Part shown: in pieces, positions 36,571 through 45,570 of the stretch | Position numbering within the stretch: the stretch's first letter is position 1 | How the letters are laid out: each line of letters opens with the position of its first letter | Assembly: GCA_009392915.1 (NCBI GenBank) | Contig: CP045477.1 | Span: 64,001 to 128,000 of the forward strand | DNA: 64,000 bases | Direction of reading: 5' to 3' | Origin: Candidatus Forterrea multitransposorum CG_2015-17_Forterrea_25_41 | Lineage (GTDB): Archaea; Iainarchaeota; Iainarchaeia; Iainarchaeales; CSSED10-239 | Notes under the pieces: model-generated | Databases searched by the model: none | What the model saw: the letters and a program-made list of their open reading frames with translations, nothing else | What the model was told of the DNA's origin: nothing | Made by a program: the position numbers and the translations under genes

Positions 36571-39531
36571 TTGATAAAAATAAAAAAAGGACAAATTTCT
36601 TTAGAAGCAATTATTATAATTGGTGTTATTGTTTTAGCAAGTATTATATTTGCGACATTCTATATTTCTAATGTTAATAAAAAAATAGATACTGCAAGTA
36701 ATCTAGATCCTAATTTTTCTGGAATGATTGGATCTGATGAAATGGGGTCAACTGATCCTATAACTATTGGTGAAGAACCAGGTCCAGGCCCAGGTCCAGG
36801 AGGAAGTACTTGTGGTGATAATATTATTGAAGGTACAGAAGATTGTGATGGTACTAATTTAGGTGGTGCTACATGTGAGTCTGAAGGTCAAGGTACAGGA
36901 GATTTATCTTGTAATTCAAATTGTACTTTTGATTATTCTGGTTGTTCTAGTCCAACAGCAAGTTATACAATAACTTCAAGTCATGGATCAAATGGAACTA
37001 TTTTTCCTTTAGGAGCTGTAACAGTTTTAGAAGGGGCAAGTAAAAAATTTAATTTGTATCCAAATGCAGGTTATGATGTAGATACTGTTTCAATTGATGG
37101 TGCAGAAGTTTCTCTTAGTGAAAGAAGAAGTTATACTTTTAATAATGTTACTTCCGGTCATACTATTCATGTAACTTTTAAACCTTATGCTTCAAATGAA
37201 CATATTATTTTTGCAAGTAGTGGTTCTCATGGAACCATAGATCCTGCAAGAAATAATACAGTTATAGAAGGAGATGATATTACTTTTACATTTAATCCAG
37301 ATACAGGATATCGTGTAGGTAATGTCTATATTGATGATACTACTGTTGGTTCAGAACAAATAGAGATTATTAATGATTTTTCTTCAAAAGATTCTGAAAA
37401 TAATAATTTATATTTTTCAGAAGAAGATGTTTTATATTTTGCATCTGATACAGGGACAGGTACTTCTTCAAATTTAGTTTATACTTTTGAAGATGTAGAT
37501 GATAGTCATACTATTCATGTAACTTTTATATCAAACACAACTCCTACATATACTTTAGAATATATTGCTGGAGCAAATGGTAGTATTTCTGGTCCAAATC
37601 CTCAAACTGTAAGTCAAGGAGAAGATGGTACAGAAGTATGTGCTGTTGCAGATGAAGGTTATGAATTTTTTAAATGGGATGATGATTATTATTCTGAATG
37701 TAGAACTGAAACAAATGTAACAAGTAATCAAACATATACTGTTATCTTTAATGAAAATGCAGGTCAAACAATGGCTATGAATTTAGAAGGTGTTGAATCA
37801 ACTCCAATAAATCAAAACTTTGATGTTGTTGTTAATACTTCTGAAACTCCAGGAACTGTAAGTTATGGTTTAGTTGCAGGATTATTAATTTATAATGATG
37901 TTGCAGGAGATTATTTGCCAACAAACAATTGTTCTTATAACGGAACTTTTGCTTCAAATCATACACTTGAAACAAATCAATCTCCAGGTATTGAAAATTA
38001 TACTTTTACATGTAATACTTCTGGAAACTATAAATTTACATTTACAGCAACAGATACAACTAACTCAACAAATGATGTTTCAAGAGATAAATTAATTACT
38101 GTTGTAAATAACCAAACAGCAGCACCAACATTTTCAATTGATGGAGGTACTTATTTTAATGATCAAACATTAACTTTAAGTTCAACAACTCCTAGTGCAA
38201 CTATAAAATACACAACTAATGGTACTATCCCAACTTGTACTACAGGAACAACTTATTCTCCTGCAAGTCCAATTCAAATTAATCAAATTTTAACAGTAAA
38301 AGCAATTGCTTGTAAATCTGGATATATTGATAGTCAAGTTGTTACAGAAATTTATAATTTAAAAGTTGGATATCCAGAACCAAGTGTTAATCCTGGTGTA
38401 TATTCTCAAGCACAGACAATTACTCTTTCAACAGAAACAATTGGTGCAACTTTGTATTATTCAACAGATGGTTCTGATGCTTTTGATGGAAGTGTTTACG
38501 TTCCAGGAGAAGAAATTATAATTTCAAAACCATATACTGAATTAAGAGTGGCAGGAGAAAAATCAAATTATAATGATAGTTCAGAATTTGATGAATATTA
38601 TTATATAAATGGTTATGAATCTCCAACTCCAAGTATGGTTTTTACAAATTATTATGGAGATGCATATAATCTTGTAGGTGCTGCAAATTTAACTCACTCA
38701 GATGTTTTCTTTGAAGATGAAGAAAATAATTTAGTAAGATTTGTTAATCCTAAATTAAATGGAGATTATTTTAACGGAAGTAATGCTTCAGGAGCTACAT
38801 TAATAGATTGTGAGGCATTTTGTTCTGAAAAGTATCTTGGAGGAACTTGTGATTCTTTTGATAAAACTAATTATTCTGGAAATGCAAATAATTTGATATA
38901 TTATAGAAATATGATTCCTGGTTCTGGTGGTGCAAATGATGTTTTCCCTTACACAATTGGGGGTGAGTTATCTAATTCTCCTCAATGGGCTTATGCTTCT
39001 GGAGCTATTGGTGGACCAGATAGAGTAGGATACTTCACTTGTGATTTTTCACACACCTCCAGTCCAGAAGATGCAGACTTTGGATTTATTGATTTATATA
39101 CTGAAGATTTATTATTAAATTATGGTGATCCATTTGATGGTACAGAATTCTATTATGATTCTTCAAGAGTAACTTTTGATAATGTTACAAAGTCTGGTTC
39201 AGAATATACTTATTCAGGTTTAAATGTTGTAGGTAATTTTGACACACCAGGCGCAACTGCTCCAACAGGAACAGTTTATATACTTTCAGATGATTTTTCA
39301 CAAGCTTGTGATGCTGTATGTGATGCTTTATATCAAGAAAGTTCTTGTGAAAATTATGATACAACAGATGTATATACTGCTAAAGGAGTTTCATATAATT
39401 ATTATCCTCCTGAATATGCAACAATATTTAATCCTAATTTAAGTACAGGTTATTATTGGACATCTGGAAGTCAACTTTTCTATGATGTTTGGTCAGAAGC
39501 TGTTCTTTCAGAAGTTACTTGTTCAAAGTAA
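36571..39531 (+). CDS. very large type IV pilin-like (class III signal peptide) adhesin-type protein
   Basis: The track start GTG at 36562 lies inside the AGGTGA SD, so the TTG at 36571 is the likely start. N-terminus IKIKKG/QISLEAIIIIGVIVLASIIF (KG|QxSxE plus hydrophobic helix). Then a GPGPGPGG linker, a CGDNxxExxEDCDG Cys-rich repeat, three beta-repeat modules (two ending HTIHVTF), and two chitobiase-C-like modules (APTFSIDGGTY..., EPSVNPGVY...). Confidence 0.75.
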   Translation: MIKIKKGQISLEAIIIIGVIVLASIIFATFYISNVNKKIDTASNLDPNFSGMIGSDEMGSTDPITIGEEPGPGPGPGGSTCGDNIIEGTEDCDGTNLGGATCESEGQGTGDLSCNSNCTFDYSGCSSPTASYTITSSHGSNGTIFPLGAVTVLEGASKKFNLYPNAGYDVDTVSIDGAEVSLSERRSYTFNNVTSGHTIHVTFKPYASNEHIIFASSGSHGTIDPARNNTVIEGDDITFTFNPDTGYRVGNVYIDDTTVGSEQIEIINDFSSKDSENNNLYFSEEDVLYFASDTGTGTSSNLVYTFEDVDDSHTIHVTFISNTTPTYTLEYIAGANGSISGPNPQTVSQGEDGTEVCAVADEGYEFFKWDDDYYSECRTETNVTSNQTYTVIFNENAGQTMAMNLEGVESTPINQNFDVVVNTSETPGTVSYGLVAGLLIYNDVAGDYLPTNNCSYNGTFASNHTLETNQSPGIENYTFTCNTSGNYKFTFTATDTTNSTNDVSRDKLITVVNNQTAAPTFSIDGGTYFNDQTLTLSSTTPSATIKYTTNGTIPTCTTGTTYSPASPIQINQILTVKAIACKSGYIDSQVVTEIYNLKVGYPEPSVNPGVYSQAQTITLSTETIGATLYYSTDGSDAFDGSVYVPGEEIIISKPYTELRVAGEKSNYNDSSEFDEYYYINGYESPTPSMVFTNYYGDAYNLVGAANLTHSDVFFEDEENNLVRFVNPKLNGDYFNGSNASGATLIDCEAFCSEKYLGGTCDSFDKTNYSGNANNLIYYRNMIPGSGGANDVFPYTIGGELSNSPQWAYASGAIGGPDRVGYFTCDFSHTSSPEDADFGFIDLYTEDLLLNYGDPFDGTEFYYDSSRVTFDNVTKSGSEYTYSGLNVVGNFDTPGATAPTGTVYILSDDFSQACDAVCDALYQESSCENYDTTDVYTAKGVSYNYYPPEYATIFNPNLSTGYYWTSGSQLFYDVWSEAVLSEVTCSK

Positions 39532-39552
39532 TTTTAAAACAATTACTTTTAA

Positions 39553-39589
39553 AAAAGCTTAATTTCTTTTAAGCTTTTCTTTTTTTTTT
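39553..39589 (+). terminator. 10-bp hairpin plus long T tract
   Basis: AAAAGCTTAA (39553-39562) pairs with TTAAGCTTTT (39569-39578), followed by CTTTTTTTTTT. Confidence 0.5.
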
Positions 39590-39715
39590 CTTTTTATATA
39601 GCTTTTTTTAAATAATTATATTTAAAAACATTCCTCCATATATAATATTTATATATATAGTTCTTTTTTTTAAAAAAACTAAAAAACCAATGACACTATA
39701 AGGAGGTTGTTTGTC

Positions 39716-40255
39716 ATGTCTGAATTTATAAAATTCTCTGTACCTGAAGATTTAAGAGTTTTACAAGATGAAACTATTAAAAAATTATCAAAATCAGGTA
39801 AAATAAAAATAGGTATAAACGAAGTTACAAAAACAATTGAAAGAGGAAATGCAAAATTTGTTATTATTGCTGAAGATGTATCTCCTGCTGAAATTGTAAT
39901 GCATATACCAATAATCTCAAAAGAGAAAAAAATCCCTTTTTCTTATGCAAAAACTAAAGAAGATTTAGGTAAAATGGTTGGTATCTCTGCAAAAGCAAGT
40001 TGTGTTGCTATAACAGATGCTGGTTCAATGCAAAAAGAATTAACAACATTAATTGATAAGATTGAAGAAGTTTCTGGTGGTAAAAAAGCAGCTGTAAAAA
40101 CAGAAGATGTTAAAAAAGAAAAACCTTCTCCTAAAAAAGAAGAAGTAAAAAAAGAAGCTCCTTCTCCTAAAAAAGAAGAAGAAGTAAAAAAAGAAACACC
40201 TAAAGAAGAAAAACCAGAAAATAAAGAAGAAGTTAAAAAAGAAAACAAAGAATGA
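39716..40255 (+). CDS. rpl7ae: 50S ribosomal protein L7Ae (eL8) with repetitive K/E/P-rich C-terminal tail
   Basis: GINEVTKTIERGNAKFVIIAEDVSP.EIV.HIP......IPF. AGGAGG SD with the ATG at 39716 (track TTG at 39707). The tail carries PSPKKEE(E)VKKE repeats. Confidence 0.92.
   Translation: MSEFIKFSVPEDLRVLQDETIKKLSKSGKIKIGINEVTKTIERGNAKFVIIAEDVSPAEIVMHIPIISKEKKIPFSYAKTKEDLGKMVGISAKASCVAITDAGSMQKELTTLIDKIEEVSGGKKAAVKTEDVKKEKPSPKKEEVKKEAPSPKKEEEVKKETPKEEKPENKEEVKKENKE
40124..40198 (+). repeat. in-frame tandem repeat (36/39 nt) inside the L7Ae tail
   Basis: CCTTCTCCTAAAAAAGAAGAAGTAAAAAAAGAAG occurs at 40124 and again at 40160 with one extra GAA codon. Confidence 0.7.
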
Positions 40256-40267
40256 GGTGAATAATTT

Positions 40268-40480
40268 ATGGCTGATGAAGGAATACCTGCAGAAGTAGTA
40301 GAAGTTGTAGGTAGAACTGGTTCTCGTGGAGAAGCTACCCAAGTTCTTTGTAGAGTTATTGATGGTTATGAGAAAGGTAGAATTAAAAAAAGAAATGTCA
40401 AAGGTAATGTTAAGAAAGGAGACATTCTATTATTAATGAATCCAGAAACAGAAGCAAAGGACATTAAGGCACGTAGGTGA
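40268..40480 (+). CDS. rps28e: 30S ribosomal protein S28e (eS28)
   Basis: PAEVVEVVGRTGSRGEATQVLCRV...GR...RNVKG.V..GDIL.L.E.E.EA. Confidence 0.95.
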   Translation: MADEGIPAEVVEVVGRTGSRGEATQVLCRVIDGYEKGRIKKRNVKGNVKKGDILLLMNPETEAKDIKARR

Positions 40481-40486
40481 TTTTTA

Positions 40487-40681
40487 ATGCAATGTACATT
40501 TTGCGGAAAAGAAGTTCCAAAAGGGACTGGTGTTTTATATGCAAAGAAAGATGGAACTACTTTTATATTTTGTTCAAGCAAATGTAAAATTAATGTTCTT
40601 GAAAAAAAATTCAAAGCACATAAAACCAAATGGACAAATAAATATCATGTAGAAAAAGAAAGACATTTAAAGAAAAAATAA
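40487..40681 (+). CDS. rpl24e: 50S ribosomal protein L24e (eL24)
   Basis: CTFCGKEVPKGTGVLYAKKDGTTFIFCSSKC. L7Ae-S28e-L24e synteny. Confidence 0.95.
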   Translation: MQCTFCGKEVPKGTGVLYAKKDGTTFIFCSSKCKINVLEKKFKAHKTKWTNKYHVEKERHLKKK

Positions 40682-40781
40682 TTTTTTTTTCTTTTTCTTT
40701 TTTCTTCAAATATTTCTAAATATAAATATTTTTTTTAATATAAATTAAATATTTAAAATAAAAATAAATAAAAGGTGGTTT

Positions 40782-42524
40782 TTGTTGTTTAGACAACCAA
40801 TAATTACAATAATGGGACACATTGATTCTGGAAAAACAACTTTTCTAGATAAGATCAAGGGTACCGGTATTGCAAAACTAGAAGCTGGTAAAATAACACA
40901 GCATATTGGTGCAACAGAGATATCTTTAGATGTTATTTTAAAAATTTGTTCTCATCTTTTAGAAAAATATAAATTTGAAGTAACTATTCCAGGTTTATTA
41001 TTTATTGATACTCCAGGACATAATGCTTTTGATAATTTAAGAGAGAGAGGTGGATCTTTAGCAGATTTAGTTGTTTTAGTTGTTGATATTAATAAAGGTC
41101 TTCAAGCACAAGATATTGAAACTTTAGAAATATTAAAAATGTATAAAGTTCCATTTATTATTGCTGCAAATAAAATAGATTTAGTTTCAGGATATTTTCA
41201 AGAAGGAAAAGATATCTCTCAAGCTTTAGAAAAACAATCAAAATCAACTGAAGATAAAATAGATGAATTAATCTACAAAATTGTTGGACAGCTTTATGAC
41301 AAAGGTTTTCAAGCTGAAAGGTTTGATAGAATCTCTGACTTTAAAAAACAAATTGCAATTATTCCAACCTCTTGTGAAAAAGAATATGGTTTAACAGAAG
41401 CAATTTTATTTTTATCAGTTCTTTCTCAAAAGTTTTTAGGTCCAAGAATAACACTTGATTCTTCTCAAAAACCACAAGCAACAATCTTAGAGGTTGGAGA
41501 AATAACTGGTATTGGAAAAACAGTTGATGCAATTGTTTATCAAGGAGTTTTAAAAGTAAAAGATAAAGTTTCTTTTCTTTCAAGAGAAGGAGTTATTGAA
41601 ACAAAAATAAAATCTCTTCTTAAATTAAATGTAATGAGTGCAATTAATAAAAAAAGAGATTATAAAAACGTAGATTTTGTATCAGCTGCAAGTGGAGTTA
41701 AAATAGTTGGTCCTGATCTTGATAAATGTATTCCAGGAAGTATTATTGTTTCTTCTGAAGATTTAGATGCTGTTGAAAGATTAAAAGAAAAAACATTAAA
41801 TAGTTTTGTATCATCAGATATTGATGGTGCTTTTCTAAAAACAGATACTTTAGGATCTTTAGAAGCATTAATTAAACTTCTTACAAAAAATAAAATTCCA
41901 ATTGCAAAAGCAGATATTGGTCCTATTACACAAAAAGATATTTTAGAGATAAAAGTTTTAAATCAAAGAGATAAGAAAAAAGGAGTTTTGTTTTTATTTA
42001 ATGCAAATATTTCAAAAGATTTTTTAGAAGATTTAAATAAAGAAAAAATTCCAGTTTTTAAAAATAATATAATCTATAAACTTATAGAAGAACATGCCGA
42101 TTGGCTTTTAAAAGAAAACAAAATTGAAAAAGATAGTTTACTTAAGGAAATTATTTTTCCTTGTGAAATTAAAGTTTTAAAAAACCATATATTCAGAACT
42201 AGTAAACCTGCAATTGTTGGAGTTAAAGTTGTTGCAGGAAAATTAACTCCTGGTTCAAGAGTATTATTAAATGATAAAGAAATTGGAGTTGTTGAAGGAA
42301 TTCAAGCTGAAGGAAAATCTTTAGATATTTTAGAAAGAGGTTCTGAAGCTGCAATTTCAATTAAACATGCAGTATATTTAAAAGATTTTAAAGAGGAAGA
42401 TGTTTTTTCAGTATATGTTCCTGATTCCTCTATTAAAAAACTTGAACAAATGATAGATGATCTTACAAATGAAGAACAAGAAATGTTATATAAAATTAAA
42501 TCAAAAAGAATTAATGTAAATTAA
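40782..42524 (+). CDS. infB: translation initiation factor aIF5B (IF-2)
   Basis: RQPIITIMGHIDSGKTTFLDKI, DTPGH, AANKID. 580 aa. TTG start after a GGTGG SD. Confidence 0.92.
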   Translation: MLFRQPIITIMGHIDSGKTTFLDKIKGTGIAKLEAGKITQHIGATEISLDVILKICSHLLEKYKFEVTIPGLLFIDTPGHNAFDNLRERGGSLADLVVLVVDINKGLQAQDIETLEILKMYKVPFIIAANKIDLVSGYFQEGKDISQALEKQSKSTEDKIDELIYKIVGQLYDKGFQAERFDRISDFKKQIAIIPTSCEKEYGLTEAILFLSVLSQKFLGPRITLDSSQKPQATILEVGEITGIGKTVDAIVYQGVLKVKDKVSFLSREGVIETKIKSLLKLNVMSAINKKRDYKNVDFVSAASGVKIVGPDLDKCIPGSIIVSSEDLDAVERLKEKTLNSFVSSDIDGAFLKTDTLGSLEALIKLLTKNKIPIAKADIGPITQKDILEIKVLNQRDKKKGVLFLFNANISKDFLEDLNKEKIPVFKNNIIYKLIEEHADWLLKENKIEKDSLLKEIIFPCEIKVLKNHIFRTSKPAIVGVKVVAGKLTPGSRVLLNDKEIGVVEGIQAEGKSLDILERGSEAAISIKHAVYLKDFKEEDVFSVYVPDSSIKKLEQMIDDLTNEEQEMLYKIKSKRINVN

Positions 42525-42546
42525 AATAAACTGAGGTGTTTTGAAA

Positions 42547-42930
42547 ATGAAATTAAATATTGCAGACCCAAAAAAAGCAAAAACATATTCCATAGAAGCA
42601 GATGAAAAAAATAGTCTTTACTTTGTTGGAAAAAAATTAAAAGATGAAGTTGATTTATCTTTCATTGCAGCAGGACTTAAAGGAGTAATTACTGGTGGTT
42701 CTGATAAAGATGGTTTTCCAATGCACGGAGCACTCGATTCAGAAAATAGAAAAAAATTATTATTATCTGGTGGAGTTGGATTTAAACCTACAAGAAAAGG
42801 TGAAAGAAGAAGAAAAAGAGTTGCTGGAAGAATAATTACAACACACATTCAACAAATAAATATTAAAGTAACTGCAGGAGATTCAGCAGTTTTAGAAGAA
42901 AAACATACAAAAAAAGATGAAAAAAAATAA
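42547..42930 (+). CDS. rps6e: 30S ribosomal protein S6e (eS6)
   Basis: MKLNIADP... (eS6-type N-terminus), GGSDKDGFPM. The ATG at 42547 is preferred over the track TTG at 42541. Confidence 0.92.
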   Translation: MKLNIADPKKAKTYSIEADEKNSLYFVGKKLKDEVDLSFIAAGLKGVITGGSDKDGFPMHGALDSENRKKLLLSGGVGFKPTRKGERRRKRVAGRIITTHIQQINIKVTAGDSAVLEEKHTKKDEKK

Positions 42931-42957
42931 AAGGATAAAATAAGTAGGTATTAATAT

Positions 42958-44163
42958 ATGAATAATGAAATTCAAGCAGAACTAAATATAGGGATTGTAG
43001 GACACGTTGATCACGGAAAAACAACATTAACTTCAAAGCTAACCGGTAAATGGACAGATAGACATTCTGAAGAAATAAAACAAGGAATTTCTATTAAATT
43101 AGGTTATGCAGACGCAGAGTTCTATATTGATCCATCAGTTTCTGGAATTTCAAGCTATACCTCTCAAAAAACACATCCTTTGACAGGAAATAAAACAGAG
43201 TTGGTTAGAAAAGTGTCATTTGTTGATGCTCCTGGCCACGAAACCTTAATGGCAGTTATGCTCTCTGGAGCTGCATTATTAAATGGTGCAATTTTAGTTG
43301 TTGCTGCAAATGAAGAATGTCCTCAACCAAGAACTATTGAACATCTTTTAGCACTTAAGATGCATGGTATTAAAAATTTAGTTGTTGCTCAAAATAAAAT
43401 AGATTTAGTTTCAAAAGAAGAAGCTCTTTTAAATTATAAAAAACTAAGAGAGTTTTTAGATTCTGAAGGTTATAAGGATTCTCCAATTATTCCAACTTCT
43501 GCTCATTTTGATACAAATATCGATGCTTTAATTTATGCAATTGTAAACACTATTGAAAAACCTTCAATTGAAAAATTATCCTCTAAACCTTTAAAGATGC
43601 AGATTGTAAGATCTTTTGATATTAATAAACCTTCAACAAAATTAAAAGAACTTAAAGGTGGAGTTTTAGGTGGAGCTATTTTAGAAGGTAAAATCTCAGT
43701 TAATGAAAAATGTTTTATTTATCCTGGTTTTGAAAATGGTCCAATTGAGTTTAAAGTTAAATCTTTAAATTCTGAAAAGATTTCTCTTAAAGAAGCACAT
43801 TTAGGTGGACTTATAGCAATTGGAACTGATTTAGATCCTTTCTTTTGTTTTTCAGATAAAATGGTTGGTCAGATTGTTTGTGAAGAAAAATCAAAACCTA
43901 CTCTTTCAAATATTATTAAGATTGATTATAATAAAATAGAAAGATTAATTGAGCCAAATCAATCAGAATTTAAGATTGGAGAAAGAGTTGTTTTAGTTAT
44001 AGGATCTTCTGCTCAAGTAGGAGTTATTAAAAAAATAAATAAAAATAATGAATTTGAAATAATGCTTGCAAGAAATGCAGCTTTTTATCCAAAAAATAAA
44101 GTTGCAGTAAGCAGAAATGTTAATAGTAGATGGAGACTTGCAGGATATGGGGAGATTAAATAA
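42958..44163 (+). CDS. translation initiation factor aIF2 gamma subunit
   Basis: NIGIVGHVDHGKTTLT, DAPGHE, QNKIDL. 401 aa. Confidence 0.94.
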   Translation: MNNEIQAELNIGIVGHVDHGKTTLTSKLTGKWTDRHSEEIKQGISIKLGYADAEFYIDPSVSGISSYTSQKTHPLTGNKTELVRKVSFVDAPGHETLMAVMLSGAALLNGAILVVAANEECPQPRTIEHLLALKMHGIKNLVVAQNKIDLVSKEEALLNYKKLREFLDSEGYKDSPIIPTSAHFDTNIDALIYAIVNTIEKPSIEKLSSKPLKMQIVRSFDINKPSTKLKELKGGVLGGAILEGKISVNEKCFIYPGFENGPIEFKVKSLNSEKISLKEAHLGGLIAIGTDLDPFFCFSDKMVGQIVCEEKSKPTLSNIIKIDYNKIERLIEPNQSEFKIGERVVLVIGSSAQVGVIKKINKNNEFEIMLARNAAFYPKNKVAVSRNVNSRWRLAGYGEIK

Positions 44164-44554
44164 TGTTTTGATTGATACTAATGTATTAATCTATATGTAT
44201 GAAAACAAAAAAGATATCTTTGATTATGTTACAGTTTTAATCCCTGATCCTAAGTTTTTTATTTTAGATAAAGTTTTTGATGAACTTTCAAAAGTTTATA
44301 AAGCTAAACCAAATAAATTTTTAGGTATTAAAAGATATTTAGAAAAATTAAAAGAAATAAATAAGTTTGAAATTATTGAAGTTGGAGAAGATGTTTTAAG
44401 TCTTAGTGTTAAATTTACAAAAATAGATAACTTATTAATATATTACAGTAATAAATATTTAGTATATACAAATGATAAAATATTAAAAGATAAAATTAAA
44501 AAAAAAGGAAATAGAGTTTTAACTTTAAAAAATAATGGTGTTTTATTAATTTAA
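44147..44554 (+). CDS. PIN-domain protein
   Basis: LIDTNVLIYMYE... N-terminus and a conserved archaeal position between aIF2-gamma and Rpo7. The start is uncertain (ATG 44147, track ATG 44117, or TTG 44168). Confidence 0.6.
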   Translation: MGRLNNVLIDTNVLIYMYENKKDIFDYVTVLIPDPKFFILDKVFDELSKVYKAKPNKFLGIKRYLEKLKEINKFEIIEVGEDVLSLSVKFTKIDNLLIYYSNKYLVYTNDKILKDKIKKKGNRVLTLKNNGVLLI

Positions 44555-44583
44555 AAAAAAATATAAAAAGAGGAAGATTTTAT

Positions 44584-45213
44584 ATGGGTTATAAAAAATT
44601 TGATGTAGAAGGAATCGTTTCAGTATCTCCTTTAAATTTATCTGGAGAATTAAAAGATATTTTAAAAGAACAATTATCAATTAACTATGATGGTGTTATT
44701 GATAAAGACATAGGTCTTATAATTGCAATAACAGATGTTTTAGATCATAGTGAAGGAGAAATTATTCCTGGAGATTCAGATGTTTTCTTTAAAGTTAAAT
44801 TTAGAGTAATAAGTTTTCTTCCTAAATTACATGAAGTTATTAGAGGTAGAGTTACACAAGCAACTGATTTTGGTGCTTTCATAAATATTGGCCCTTTTGA
44901 AGGTTTATGTCACGTATCTCAAGTAATGCCAGATTTTAATTCTTATAACCCTGAACTTCCTGGTTTCTTTGCAAAAGAAAGTAAAAAAACATTAGTGGTT
45001 GAAGATAAAGTTTTAACTAGAATTTCAAACATTAGTTTTAAGAAAACAATTGCTGAAACAAAAATTGGTCTTACAATGAGACAAACAGGTCTTGGTAAAG
45101 AAGAATGGATTGCAATTGATGCAAAGGCTGAGAAGAAAACTACTAAAAAAACATCTAAAAAAGATGATACTAAAGAAAAAAAGACCACAACTAAAAAAGG
45201 TGGTAAAAAATGA
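44584..45213 (+). CDS. rpoE: DNA-directed RNA polymerase subunit E' (Rpo7) with K/T-rich tail
   Basis: N-terminal Rpo7 fold sequence plus an S1 domain (GRVTQATDFGAFINIGPFEGLCHVSQV). Tail KKTTKKTSKKDDTKEKKTTTKKGGKK. Confidence 0.9.
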   Translation: MGYKKFDVEGIVSVSPLNLSGELKDILKEQLSINYDGVIDKDIGLIIAITDVLDHSEGEIIPGDSDVFFKVKFRVISFLPKLHEVIRGRVTQATDFGAFINIGPFEGLCHVSQVMPDFNSYNPELPGFFAKESKKTLVVEDKVLTRISNISFKKTIAETKIGLTMRQTGLGKEEWIAIDAKAEKKTTKKTSKKDDTKEKKTTTKKGGKK

Positions 45214-45434
45214 ATAAAAAAGCATGTAGAAAGTGTAGAAAAATTATAGAAGAAGTTGAAGTTAATGAAAAAGGAAAAGAAGAATCTGTAAAGGTTTGTC
45301 CTGTATGTGAAAGTACAAATTTCACAACTTTTTGGAAAGGTTCTGCACTTGTTGTAAATCCTGAAAAATCAGAAATTGGTAAGGCAATGGATGTAACAGT
45401 TCCTGGAAAATATGCCTTAAGATTAAGTAGGTGA
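45210..45434 (+). CDS. spt4: transcription elongation factor Spt4 (RpoE'')
   Basis: CRKCRK...CPVCEST.FTTFWKGSALVVNPEKSEIGK. ATGA overlap with Rpo7. Confidence 0.9.
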   Translation: MNKKACRKCRKIIEEVEVNEKGKEESVKVCPVCESTNFTTFWKGSALVVNPEKSEIGKAMDVTVPGKYALRLSR

Positions 45435-45437
45435 TTT

Positions 45438-45462
45438 ATAAGTATTATTATACTTATTTTTT
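45438..45462 (+). terminator. hairpin plus T tract after spt4
   Basis: ATAAGTA (45438-45444) pairs with TACTTAT (45451-45457), followed by TTTTT. Confidence 0.35.
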
Positions 45463-45570
45463 AAGAATGGATTTTACGAAAGTAAAGTCTTAAATTTTTC
45501 TTGAAAATTAGTTTTTTTAAGGAAAATAAAAATCTCTCTCAAAGATTTTAGAAATATAAGGTGAAAATTA

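Noticed and set aside
40081-40255. Short tandem repeats that at first glance look like a repeat array
   Set aside because: They are in-frame K/E/P codon repeats inside the L7Ae tail, with similar ones in the S3, S24e and Rpo7 tails. They have no spacer-repeat periodicity, so they are not CRISPR. No CRISPR array was seen anywhere in the window.
44117-44163. 47-nt overlap between aIF2-gamma and the PIN gene as a possible frameshift or fusion
   Set aside because: The overlap depends on the most upstream ATG. Internal starts (ATG 44147 or TTG 44168) give a normal PIN N-terminus with little or no overlap. No slippery sequence was noted.
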